Shown here: positions 1-12,307 of the stretch, in pieces
Layout of the letters: each line of letters opens with the position of its first letter
Position numbering within the stretch: the stretch's first letter is position 1
NCBI GenBank assembly: GCA_964016885.1
Contig: CAXHJY010000566.1
Span: 1 to 31,813 of the forward strand
Direction of reading: 5' to 3'
Length of the DNA stretch: 31,813 nt
Source: Eledone cirrhosa
Taxonomy: Eukaryota
Made by a program: the position numbers and the translations under genes
The notes under the pieces: model-generated
Database searches by the model: none
Told to the model about the DNA's origin: nothing
What the model saw: only the letters and a program-made list of their open reading frames with translations

Positions 1-490
<490 letters not shown>

Positions 491-561
491 CTACGCCCTC
501 GGTAAGACTTGCATAAAACAAAAGCCGGAGCCGCTGGGCGCTGCGATCGCGAATTTACATG

Positions 562-565
<4 letters not shown>

Positions 566-633
<68 letters not shown>

Positions 634-675
634 TTATATATATATGTATGTATTTATATATATATATATATATAT
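566..675. repeat. (TA)n microsatellite
   Basis: Direct reading. Confidence 0.97.
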
Positions 676-1089
676 CGTCCATCTCTCATTCCGGTCTGAG
701 TTGGACTTACATTTATAATATAAATAATTCATTAAAAAGGATTATTTATACCACACATGGGGAAACGATGTAATTTATATACCTACAGATATAAAACACG
801 CATATTAGAAAAAAACATACACACGTGTGTATGTTTGTGTATGTGAAGCGCACATACACAACAGTAGCAGATGGTTGTGATGCAACGAAAAAATGAATGG
901 CGAGAGAGAGAGAGAGAGAGAGAGAGGGGGAGTATGTATGTACGGAGAGGTTAAAGGAAGGGGGATGGAGGATAGGAAAGCACTCAGGGAACAAAAGGTG
1001 AAAAATACACGTTGATCAATTTCTATCTCTCTATCTATATATATATATATATAAGCAAAAGGGATATAGATAGATAGATATATATATAT

Positions 1090-1200
1090 AGAGAGTGAGA
1101 GAGAGTGGGAGTGAGAGAGAGTGAGAGGCAGTGAGAGAGTGGGAGTGAGAGGGAGTGAGAGAGTGGGAGTGAGAGAGAGTGGGAGTGGGAGTGAGAGAGA
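1090..1200. repeat. Purine-rich GAGAGT/GGGAGT simple repeat
   Basis: Repeated gagagt/gggagt units. Confidence 0.9.
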
Positions 1201-2067
1201 AGGCAACTGAATGGTAAAAAGAGTATGATTAGACCAAATATAAGGGAGTTGAGAAGGGGACGAGAGAGAGGGAGAGAGAACGTGATGAAATATAGAGTGT
1301 GAGACAGAGGGGAAGGAGTTGTAACAAAATGACATAGAGAGGCTGGAACAAGGTAAGAGAGAGAGAGGGGTGTGGGGGGGGGGGGAATAATGGCAGAGAC
1401 AAATGTGTTAATTCCTATTGTTTGCTGGCAACACATTAAACCTCTCTTTAAAATGTCCCAGATCCCTGCTTTTCCAATGGAGGGGTTAGTTGGTTCCCTT
1501 GCCTGCCTGCCTCTCTCTCTCTCTCTCTCTGTCTCTGAAACACCTGCTAGGGTGGTGGAGATGGAGGCGATGGCGGTATAAAGGGACAAGTGTGGAAACT
1601 CCCTTAGTGTATAGAATCCCTTTCTTGTAAACAAGAACAACCACCATTGGTCACCAAAACTGGGACATCGTTACTGTGCATGTATCTGTTTAACGTATGT
1701 TTGTTCATATTCGTGTATAATGTGTATGTGTGTGTGTATGTATGTGTCTGGAATTCTTCTTTCAACGGGAGCTTCCTTGTACAATAGTGTTCCGATTGCA
1801 CACAAAAAGTTTTATGTTAACGTCGTTTATAGTTTATCCCGTATGTAAATAAATACATTGTTCCATTTATTACATTGATTGCTAGAAATCTTTAAGATAG
1901 CTAAAAATTGAAACCAACAGTGAGGAACTATATAACTTCGGCATAAAATTACATTTATAATCTACGCTATATCCAAATCGAGTGATTTAATTGATAGGGG
2001 CTCCCGGGAAGCGTCTTGCTTAAGAACACATCACCCATAGTCCAAATTTCGGACAAACTACCATATA

Positions 2068-2831
2068 TGGTCGTGAGTCGTTAACCAATAAGCCATGCGA
2101 GAAGATGTAAGACGGACTCTGAAGTTTAAAAGGAAATTATATTACTTGTTTGATGGTCGGACCGTCAGCAGCCAAAACGGCAACGCCACACTCGGATACC
2201 TTAACAAGCAGGACTATAGCTGTTTACAAGGAGAGAGAATCTCAACAATGAGTCAAGGGCCATCCATCCTACAAATAAGAGTGGGGTCCCCATTCCCGAT
2301 TTTGAGTCAATCACAACCAACTCTCTTGGTAACCCTTGTATCCACATGATTGTCCCTCCCAGACGTACTGACCGTGCCTTTCCTCTGAACTAGAGAGAAA
2401 CCAAGCGAGAAAAGACCCATGATAAATGCGAGGGCCACTCAATGTAGTTTTGGCTAAGATTATCATCTCTTCTTAACCCTTGCCTTTCCCCTGAGCAAGG
2501 AAGAGTCCGAGGCAGAGTCCGAGCGAGAGAAGACTTTTGATAAATGGCGCTTAAAACCAGTTTTGGCTAAGATTATCAGTCAAGTATCGGGACCGATTCT
2601 TCCGGTATCTCTTTTTCATTTCCATTCTCTCACTATTCTTCACTGGAAGAAATCTACTGTATTCAGACCTGGAGATGGGATGAGCTCCTCCAAGTTTAAA
2701 AATGTTCTAGAAACGCCGTATGTTAATACGGCACGCCTACGACTCCCTCAGGAGTTACGGGACAACCATCCATCATTATCTCATCTATCACTCTGTCGGA
2801 AACGACCGACTCATACCGTTATGTCGCAACA
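2068..2831. mobile_element. Candidate solo LTR (764 bp)
   Basis: Starts TGGTCGTGA, ends TCGCAACA (TG...CA); flanked by TATA (2064-2067 and 2832-2835), consistent with a 4-bp target-site duplication; internal ~60-bp direct repeat (2404-2465 vs 2522-2578, exact 20-mer AGTTTTGGCTAAGATTATCA); no recognisable protein. TATA is a weak TSD in AT-rich DNA. Confidence 0.55.
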
Positions 2832-3159
2832 TATAATATACTGAGTTCATAAACACTGAAATTATTCAATTGATTAGCAGGAAAACTTGCTAGTGATGCT
2901 GTTCAAAATTCAAAACCAACAACGAAGAGATATAACTCCAGTAATATCAAGTAATCAAAATTTTCCAAAAACTAAAGATACAGATGGCGGTGTATCTTAT
3001 CTTTAAAGCCAACTGGTGAAAATAATAAATATATTTCGATTTTATACGATCTCCTCAGCGAAGCATATTCAGTTTAACTGGCAAAACCGTGATGTCTCAA
3101 ACTATTTAAATTGAAAATACGACAGAGATATCATTAATGGTGTTGGTGATTAGGTTATT

Positions 3160-3345
3160 GATGTTTAACACGGGGTCAGCCCTGATCGAGAAGACTTATG
3201 ATCGAAGACATTCCAGCCGCAATCATCCTGTGTTTTCTCAAGCTACAATGAAAACTCAGGAACATCTTATTCAATGCCACCCTTTTCAAGTCAGTGGCAG
3301 TGTGATCTCAAGACTTGACTGCTGATTCTAGCAGCTCGAGCGACC
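3160..3345. mobile_element. Diverged short interspersed repeat fragment
   Basis: GGTCAGCCCTGATCGAG...ATGATCGAAGACATTCCAGCCG resembles an interspersed repeat I recall from octopus DNA; recognition from memory only, boundaries approximate. Confidence 0.4.
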
Positions 3346-4491
3346 ATGTAATGGTTAGTGGGTGGGGAATGAGGTAGTGATGGTTATGAGTGAGAGATGG
3401 GGGGGGGGGGGTAGACAGTTTAATCTAGGTATCTGACTCCCATTTAACCGCCCCATCACCGACTCAACTTCCTTCAACATGGATTTTTTCTCAACCCAAT
3501 CACTTCCATCTTCTAGATTCATGTGTGTGTGTGTGTCCGTATATGTATATGTAAACAATTCGCACACACACACACGTCTGTGCATGTTCCAACAAGGTAC
3601 ATGTGTATGTGCTATACATATGGCTTTCATACGTACAGGTGTTTGTGGGGGAGAGAGAGAGAGAGGGAGAGAGGGGGAGAGCAAGAGAGAGGGGCAGAGA
3701 GAGAGAGAGAGAATATTAATGTATAATGCTGCATCTATATATGCAGATACATGTGCGTTACGAGTGCACGTGTGTGAAAGTGTATGGGTGTAAGTGTATG
3801 GGTGTAATGTGTCATTCGAATTAAAAGAACGGGAAGAACCTGAGGGGAATAGGCGGAGAAAACTTTTAGCGTTAAATTTACAATACACACACACACACAC
3901 ACACACGTGAATACACACAAACACATGTACAGGTACAGAGGCACACACGAACACATACAGAGAGGGTGTTAGGAAGTGTCTGTCACTTGACACACACAGA
4001 CACTTCACAAAGCCACACACAAACACATGAATACACCAAACACACACACACCTGAATACACAGAGAGAGAGGTGTTTCCTCAGGAAAGACGTTAAAATAT
4101 ATTTCGCTCATTCACACATCATCATCATCGTTCACTTCCTCATCATATACACACTTGTCAGTCACCTTCTCACACTACAAACACACACACAAACACAGCT
4201 ATCACCTTACACTACACACACACATGCAGCCAGCCACACACTCACACGCACGATGGTATTTCCTCAGGAAACATACTTAAACACACACACAAAGTTATAC
4301 AGGAAAGACACTAAAACACATTTATCATACAACACATACATAGACACACTACATACACACAACACACTACAGAGCACACACCACACTACAGAACACACCA
4401 TACTCAGAGTAAAAATTAGAAAACATCCTGTTTGGTGTAATAACAAACGTCAACAAGAATGTGATGAAATGGCGAAAGAGGTGAGAATGTT

Positions 4492-4532
4492 TGTAGCCAG
4501 GGGGTAGAGAAATATATATAACAGAGACAGGT

Positions 4533-4565
<33 letters not shown>

Positions 4566-4709
4566 AAAAGAGACAGGACCCCGTTTCGAAACGGCCGGAG
4601 CTCAGCCGTCGGGGTCCTGACAGTTTTCCTATTACCCACTCTACTACCCTAAGTATCGAGTACTCTGGTGCGTTACGGTCCACCTGGTTCTTTCACTTGC
4701 TCCGTTACG
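4492..4709. mobile_element. Short LTR-like or MITE-like insertion containing a (TA)n run and a GC-rich hairpin
   Basis: TGTAGC... start and ...GTTACG end resemble TGTARC...GTTACA LTR termini with one mismatch; flanks TGTT/TGTG match 3 of 4; CpG-rich against background. Confidence 0.3.
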
Positions 4710-4922
4710 TGTGTGTGTGTAGTTGTAGTAGTAGTAGTAGTAGTAGTAGATAGATGAGGCAGTACGTGAAAAAGTGGGCGTAAGAGAGAGAAAGTAAGAG
4801 AAAAGCAATGAGGAAGACAGAGAAAGAGAGAGAGGTGATAAAATGAGAGACGGACATATTGAGAAGACGGAGAGATGTAGGGAAATAGAAAAACAGGAAA
4901 AAGACAGAGAGGGATGGTGGAC

Positions 4923-4924
<2 letters not shown>

Positions 4925-5003
<79 letters not shown>

Positions 5004-5017
5004 CGAGAGAGAGAGAG
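4925..5017. repeat. (GA)n microsatellite
   Basis: Direct reading. Confidence 0.98.
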
Positions 5018-5065
5018 TGTCTTAAACAACTTAAGAGGTTCAATAATGACGGTCAAAAATGATGA

Positions 5066-5578
5066 CAGTGTTGGTGGTGTTGATAGTAAATGTGATGGTG
5101 GTGGTGTTGATAGTAAATGTGATGGTGGTGGTGTTGATTGTAAATGTGGTGGTGGTGGTGTTGATAGTAAATGTGATGGTGGTGGTGGTGGTGATGGTAA
5201 ATGTGATGATGGTGGTGGTGGTGATGGTAAATGTGATGATGGTGGTGGTGGTGGTAAATGTGGTGATGATGGTGGTGATGATAGTAAATGTGATGGTGGT
5301 GGTGGTGTTGATAGTAAATGTGGTGATGATGGTGGTGTTGATAGTAAATGTGGTGATGATGGTGGTGTTGATAGTAAATGTGGTGATGATGGTGGTGTTG
5401 ATAGTAAATGTGATGATGATGGTGGTGTTGATAGTAAATGTGGTGATGATGGTGGTGATGATAGTAAATGTGATGATGGTGGTGGTGTTGATAGTAAATG
5501 TGATGATGATGGTGGTGATGATAGTAAATGTGATGATGGTGGTGGTGATGATAGTAAATGTGATGATGGTGGTGGTGA
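5066..5578. repeat. Minisatellite, 24-30-bp units: GATAGTAAATGT core plus (GGT/GAT)n
   Basis: About 17-18 units; length varies by whole trinucleotides, which explains the long repetitive ORFs over it. Confidence 0.95.
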
Positions 5579-5794
5579 CAACGAATTGTTCTCCCCCTCT
5601 CTCAAGCACACCCTTCATTTATACAAAGGGGGATATAAACAAAAACAAAGTCTTTCATATGAAATGGGTGACGAGGCGACATAGTAGTGATCGATATACA
5701 CAGAGAAAGTTATATGAAATGGGTGGCAGAGACATACACATGCACAGAGACACCGATATAAAGAGAGGGGGAGCGGCATTAGGAGTAGAAACAC

Positions 5795-5971
5795 GAAGAG
5801 AGAGGGGGAACAAAGAGAGAAAGAAAGAAAGAGAGAGAGAAAGAAAGAGAGAGAGAGAGAAAGAAAGAAAGAGAGAGGAAGAAAGAAAGAAAGAGAGAGA
5901 GAAAGAAAGAAAGAAAGAGAGAGAGAAAGAAAGAGAGAGAGAAAGAAAGAGAGAGAGAGAGACAGAGATAC

Positions 5972-6004
<33 letters not shown>

Positions 6005-6152
6005 GAGGCAGACAGAGAAAGAGAGAGAGAGACAGAGAAAGAGAGAGAGGGCAGACAGACAGACAGACAGAGAGAAAGAGAGAGACAGACAGAGAGAGAG
6101 AGACAGGGACACAGAGAAAGACAAAGAGAGAAAGAGAGGAAAAGAAAAGAAG
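5795..6152. repeat. Compound (GAAA)/(GA)/(GACA) simple repeat
   Basis: Direct reading. Confidence 0.93.
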
Positions 6153-6430
6153 TGACAGGAGTTGTGAGATCGATACATAAGTTTGAAAAAGATATATAAT
6201 GAAAGAAAGAATATCACCAAAAGTGGATGTGGGTTGTGTGAGGGGGTTAGTGGTGACGGTGGGACGTTACGGTTCGGTCGAGTCATGGAGAACAATATAC
6301 AAGCATGTGTGTGCGCGCGCGCGCATCTAAGTGTGCATGTATATATAAATGTATGTACGTGTATACGTATAAATATATGTATGTATATGTATAAATATAT
6401 GTATGTATATGTGTGCATGGATGCACACAA

Positions 6431-6467
<37 letters not shown>

Positions 6468-6639
6468 CGTGTGTATGTATGTGTGTGAACGTGTTTGTGA
6501 GAAAAGAAAAAGAGAAAAGATGAATAAGCAAACGTAGTGAATAATAAAGGGGAGTGAATAAAAGAATAAACGACAGATGATATGGAGATAAAAACAAAAG
6601 AATGAACAACATAACCTCACGACAGATATGAGATGTAAA

Positions 6640-6990
6640 AGACGAATGGAACAAAAAACAAACAAACAAACAAAAAAAAAACGGGAATTAAAAGACAACA
6701 AAATATGTAGAAAACGTACAAAAAAAAATGAAAAGAAATGTTTAGAAAAAAAAAAAAAATAAGAAAAAAAAAAAGTAGAAACGATGAAGAAAAGAAAAAG
6801 ATGAAAATAAAATGTAACAAAAGCAAAAAAAAAATGTATGAAAAAGAAAAAAATGGTAAATGAATAAATATAGATGTGAAGAGACACACAACAAAAAAAT
6901 GTGATAAAGGTGAAAAATAATTTGAAGAAAGAACAAAAATTATGTGAAATAAATAAATAAATAAAAAAGAATATGCGGAAGAAAAATGGG
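6640..6990. repeat. A-rich low-complexity tract
   Basis: Multiple oligo-A runs. Confidence 0.85.
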
Positions 6991-8241
6991 AGACGAACGG
7001 ACAGATGGTTGGATGGTTTAGTTTTTTATGTTCCGGCGCGAAGGAAGTAAAATATCCATGACATCACATGCACACACTAACACACGTGTGTGTGTACACA
7101 CACACACAAAGAGAGACAGTATTGGAAGGACAACCTGTTCATACACCAACGAACGCTGTCCATTCACTAAGATAAAATTTGCCATCTATATTGGAAGTGA
7201 TTTAAAACTTGTCTTTCGTCAAATCGCCCCTCCTCCCCTGTCTATCTGTTTCTCAGTCTTTATCCCTCAGCAGCCTGCCAGGGAACGGAACCCCGGGGGT
7301 TGGAGTGGCTGCTGCAGCGGGTGTCGCTGGCCATTCTTCACGGCAGTACTTTTGCTATTTTATCCGCGGGGGTGCAGCTGAAACACCGCCCAGACTAAGG
7401 TGTAGAGCCTGTCACCTCCTCTTCCCCTCTTTTGGTGCTTATTATTTTTCTTTTTTGCTATGTACATCGTACAGTGTTTAGGGTTTTGTTTTTTTACTAC
7501 TGGATTTTTGCATTGCAATAAATCTTTTTAACATGCTGTTAAACATAGTAAAAACAGTGAAAAAAATCAACTAAACTGAACTGAAGGTTCACCTGTTCGA
7601 TATTGCTATCGAAGATACCAAAATAAGAACCTAACAATGTAACCCAGGTAGTGAAATTTAAAAGCATGCGGAACTAACTATGGCACTGGCATTTATTCTA
7701 TCAATAACCCACCGATTCCAGGTTTACACACATAAACATATACAATATAAAGGATGGCACAAAAGTAGCACCAGCAAAATAACTGCCATAATTTCATATC
7801 ATAATTATTTTTAATCTCGTCTGAGAAGGGTTGAAGAATTAAAAAAACAAAAACCCCCCCAAAAAACATAAGAGCTCAATGTGCAAAGATTGATACCGAA
7901 GTCTTGAATAGTGTACAATATTCTCTTTGGGTTTCGTTTTCAGAATGTAATGAATGTGAGTGAAATCAGTTTGTACAATTATTGTAACCAATTTTTTGTT
8001 AATAATTTTGTGATAGGTGAATATTATATAAATAGAATAAAAGATTATCGTCTCTCTTATATAAACGGCATTTCTCGTGATTAGAGTGGTGCGTGACTTT
8101 TTCGCTACCCTTTATATGCGATTATTCAAAAGACGCTGATGATAAAAGTGTGCACAGCCTGGAATGATACACCGTATACACACAGCTTCGAACTCGTTCA
8201 AGATGAGAGCGAGTTATACGATACATGGATATGGATTCAAT

Positions 8242-8460
8242 CAGAAGTTCTCAACGTGGGCGTTGAGAAGGTCCAGTGGGACACTGGGGCCTGAGGGGGC
8301 GGTAGAGATGATCTATATTAAATATCAAATGATACATATTATATATATTTATTTATACATAGTATTTATTATATATAAATTTTATTTATTATATATTATT
8401 TACAATTTACGTGTAGGCAGGTCTCTCTGGAAATAGTTGTTGGGGGCGCTGAGGGTAATT
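8242..8460. mobile_element. Possible degenerate hAT-type non-autonomous DNA transposon fragment
   Basis: CAGAAGTTCTCAACGTGGG resembles CAGTGGTTCTCAAC-type hAT termini, with GGGGGCG motifs inside; no matching second terminus found. Confidence 0.3.
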
Positions 8461-8739
8461 ACTTTTTCCATCAAATAACTACAAAAGAGTGAAAGCATCC
8501 ATTGTTACACTGATTAGAACCAATTGTCTTGACTAAAGAGGAAAAATCCGATCGCTAGATTGGACCAGAAAAACGATGTTTCCAAAGGTTTTTTCCATTG
8601 CTGATGATGTCTGTAAATCGGAACTCATGGAAGAAGAAAAGAGCCAATCATCAGATTGGACCAACCAGAGAAACAAAGTTTCCAATGGTCCTTCCATTGC
8701 TGGTGTTGTTTATTGAAAATCCTTGGAAGCAACTCATCG

Positions 8740-8910
8740 GAAGTACTGTACATGTAATTCAAGGGGCAACCTTGTTAATGCGTCACGTTGAATTATGTTA
8801 AGGATACACATGTCAGTGGAATACTCAAACACTTACACGTTAACTTCATGAACAGGCTGTTCCGTTGATCGAACAACTGAAACACTCATCGTCGAAAACC
8901 AACGAGGAAC
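8740..8910 (+). mobile_element. 3' part of a SINE (second family)
   Basis: TGTCAGTGGAATACTCAAACACTTACACGTTAA is the near reverse complement of ACGTTTAAGTGGCTGAGTATTCCACAGACA (~12495-12525) and of a second copy at ~12558-12592; orientation inferred from the tRNA-like head of the 12455-12785 copy. Confidence 0.6.
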
Positions 8911-9125
8911 CACTCAATTACATACAAATAGGTGTGAGCATGAATATCTGAACAGGCCGAAAAATAAACGAAAATGGAACACGCAGTGGTGTATGCATGC
9001 GCTGACTATAACCGTTATAAATGTACCTTTAAGTGACCAGATGACCATCAGTGATGGCGGCGGGTGTGACACGCGGCACGTGCCCAGAATGGCCACTCGT
9101 GTCGTCTAATACATTTACACACACG

Positions 9126-9184
<59 letters not shown>

Positions 9185-9875
9185 GGCGTCGCATGCCCCT
9201 TCCTAACCAACCAACCAACCATTTTATATACATACATACGCACACGCCACATCTAAACACTACCTCTCCAACCACAACAACAATTATTACACCCATCACC
9301 CCCCTCCCTCACGTATGTGTGTGAGTGTTATATGAATCTCTTAACATCAGCTAAACCGGCACACACTAACTATCACACATACATATACACACATCCTTTC
9401 CTCTCATACCTGACGAACGGCGGCGAGATAGTCGCCCGTGTCTATGGCCAGCAACCACAACAGCGACACCCGCCCAGCAGTCAGGCCACCCGCCCACCCA
9501 GGCAAATGAGGACCAAAGGTGAAGATGAAGCGGTGGAAGAAAACAACACATAACAATACATGGTTGCCTCCACCCCACCAACCCCGCCATCACCAATAAA
9601 TATATATGAAAGAAAGGTAAGACGCCGTGCAGCTGACAAGCAGTTGGCGAGCTTCAGCGGGCGTACAACCACACGTACCTACACACACCTGGTCCTCTCC
9701 CGTCATCTAATTGTTAAAAAGTATATTTTCTAATGCTTCAAAGCGCCACTATACATACTTCTCTCTCTGCCTCTGTGTGTGTCTGTGTGTGTGTGTGTGT
9801 TTGTGTTTGTGTGTCTGTGTCTGTGCCTATCTAGCACGCTCTCTATGTATGTATGTACGTATGTATGTATGTACG

Positions 9876-9909
<34 letters not shown>

Positions 9910-10146
9910 TGTATGAAATAAATATCGTTTTTTTTTTATAAAAACAATATAAAAAATTAGAAACAGGAGAATTTAAAAAAACACCTCAAAATAGAGTAAT
10001 TTACTATAATAAGCAGTACAAAAGGCATTGAAAGAAGTTTCCCCCAAAAAAACATGCATACAAAATCCTATTGTGCTAAAAATAATAATTACACTAGAAG
10101 CAAATTATTCATTAAAATAGACACCAAACACGTTTTTACATTAAAT

Positions 10147-10194
10147 GCTGATTTGCGAACGTTTCATCCCCTCCTGGGACTTTTCAAAATCAGC
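10147..10194 (-). ncRNA. Degenerate type I hammerhead-like motif (U3-A8 variant; C at 16.1)
   Basis: Minus strand: GCTGATT-TTGAAAA-GTCCC aggag GGGAT-GAAA-CG tt CG-C-A-AATCAGC. Stems I, II and III all pair. Confidence 0.45.
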
Positions 10195-10469
10195 TATTTA
10201 AGAGTAAAGAACTTCACTATAATAACCTCACGAAAACACTCGACAGCCAGCAGCCAAAGAAAATGTTTACATTTAAGAAGTCCGAAATGACGCCATAATG
10301 CATAGAAAATCTTTGTTGTCCAACTACAGAAATCTTACGTCAAACCACTCTAACACGTTACTATAACAACTTATTTTTTAAATTAATAGATGATAAATAT
10401 AAAAAGAGAAATAAAGAGAAATATTAACTTAGTTCCTTTAAAGTAAATAGTGGATCTTTAACTAATACT

Positions 10470-12275
10470 TAGGCCCCTTAGAAATAGTATTGCCACACCG
10501 ACAGCCATTGCTGACATCCCAAAAGTCACACCAGTGTTGCTGTTGAATGTCAAAGGCCTCCTGAAACTCACTAACATGGTAAAATTCCATAATTGAGAGA
10601 CTTAGCCATAAGCAATCAAGCAATATGCATGGCACTGACCGAAACGCACCTGACATGCAGTATAGCACATGCGGAAATACATATACCAAAATATACTGTA
10701 TTTCGTTCAGGCAGGAAGGAGAGAACTCATGGTGGAGTTGCCCTGTACATCCGTGAAGATGTCACATCCATTGTACTGTTGACACATTCAAACTCAGCCT
10801 GTGACACACTGGTAGTACATATGAAGCAACTGAAATCGGTAATATGTGTCACATATCGGCCACCCGACGCCCCCAGTCATGAAGGTAAGTTTGAGTATAG
10901 CCTCAGAAGGATGGAAGTCCTTGACAAACTGGACCAGGGTCTCAACATTCTGCTACTGGGAGACTTTAACTTACCAAAGGTCAATTGGCCTGAGGGCCAC
11001 CTCCTCCCTGGAATGACATCACTAGAACAGAGACAGACGGAGTCCCTGCTGGCCCTCACACACAGGCTGTTCATGGAAGAAGCAGTTCTCCTCCCAACAA
11101 GAGACGAGAATGTCCTGGATCTCTGCTTTACAAACAACGCAGTGCTCATCCACAATGTAAAGGTGACACCAACGATTTTATCGGATCATAACTTAGTAGA
11201 ACTAATGATATGTGGTCCGAGAGAGTCAACAGAGAATCAACCATCAAGAAGCACCGGGAACTTATCCAGCCTTAACTTTCACAAGGCTAACTGGAAAAAG
11301 ATCAAGAAAGAAATCCGGAAGCAAAACTGGAGCGACATCACCACACAAGACACCAACACACAGTTTCAACATTTCATGACAATACAAACTATATGCTGTA
11401 AGTTTGTCCCGGAGAAAAAGGCCAACGGACGCAAAAATCTCATTCCCAGAGACAGGAAAATCCTTATGAGACGAAGACCTAAGCTTTCAAACCAGTTAAA
11501 TGCACAACAGAAAAACAAAAAGGACCCTATCAGAAACATGCACTACTTGAAATTGAAACTGCACTCAAAATTTCCCATGAAAAAGAGAGGGCAGAGAGAG
11601 AAATCAGTACCATAGCAAATATTAAAACAAACCCTAGGGCCTTCTTTAAATTTGCAAAAGAGACTGCCTCGGTACACTGCAAGATTGGGCCACTCTTCCA
11701 TAAAGATGGTTCATTAACCGAGGATCACCACGGGATAAATGAAATACTGAATGAACAGTACAAAAGTGTGTTCACACCCCCATTGAGAGACATGCAAATA
11801 ACAAAACCGGAGGATTTCTTTGACGCCACAACACTCCAAGAAGAAATGGCGACCATCAACCACATAGACATAACGGAGGAAGATGTGATATTTGCCATAG
11901 ACGAAATTAGAACAGACTCAGCTGCTGGACCTGATGGATTCCCAGCGGTCCTCATAAAAACTTGTAAGCGTGCCTTAGCAAGACCACTGAAGACCCTCTT
12001 CAAAAGTTCTTTGGCTAACGGTAAACTACCCAGAGAGCTCAAAGAAGGCACAATATGCCCTATCCATAAAGGAGGAAGCAGAGCGGAGGCCAAAAACTAC
12101 AGGCCAGTCTCCCTGATGTCACATATCAGTAAGGTAATGGAACGAATCATCCGAAAGAAATGGATCACGTTCCTCGAGGAAAATGACCGCCTAACTAGCA
12201 CGCAGCATGGCTTTCGCTCAGGAAGAAGCTGCCTTACACAGCTGTTACAACACTGTGACTGGGTACTGAAACAAT
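10470..12275 (+). mobile_element. CR1-like non-LTR retrotransposon (LINE) ORF2 fragment, frameshifted and 3'-truncated
   Basis: APE endonuclease motifs LLNVKGL (10540-10560, different frame), ALTET, GGVALY, YRPP, GDFN, LDL, SDH; tether region NPRAFFKF...LNEQYKSVFT; RT N-terminal motifs AAGPDG, PIHKGG, NYRPVSL, QHGFRSGRSC; similarity ends near DWVLKQ, well before any YADD motif. Clade assignment by motif style. Confidence 0.93.
10537..11615 (+). pseudogene. LINE apurinic-like (APE/EEP) endonuclease domain and start of tether region
   Basis: ORF 10593-11615 holds TET, GDFN, LDL and SDH; the first motif (NVKGL) is in another frame at 10546-10560, implying a frameshift near 10570-10592. Confidence 0.88.
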
Positions 12276-12301
12276 TTGTTTCTCTGATTTTTCATATTTA
12301 G
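11600..12301 (+). pseudogene. LINE reverse transcriptase N-terminal fragment
   Basis: Frame of ORF 11768-12301 extends upstream through IKTNPRAFFKFAK; GPDG, NYRPVSL, QHGF motifs; catalytic YxDD absent. Confidence 0.88.
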
Positions 12302-12307
12302 CCATCA

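Noticed and set aside
1372-1581. 69-aa ORF in unique-looking sequence
   Set aside because: No recognisable domain, includes (CT)n read-through, no exon-boundary support.
4571-4622. Hammerhead on the minus strand (CTGAG...CGAAAC...GTC)
   Set aside because: No CUGANGA in the required position.
4673-6180. Gly/Asp/Cys-rich (GGGVDSKC), Val/Met-rich and Pro/Ser-rich ORFs
   Set aside because: Several frames on both strands are open because unit lengths vary by trinucleotides; flanked by (GA)n; no signal peptide or splice support.
8136-8200. CTGATGA as a hammerhead core
   Set aside because: Followed by GAAC rather than GAAA and lacks convincing stems.
9410-9442. CTGACGA followed by a hairpin
   Set aside because: The hairpin is followed by GTCT, not GAAA; no stem III.
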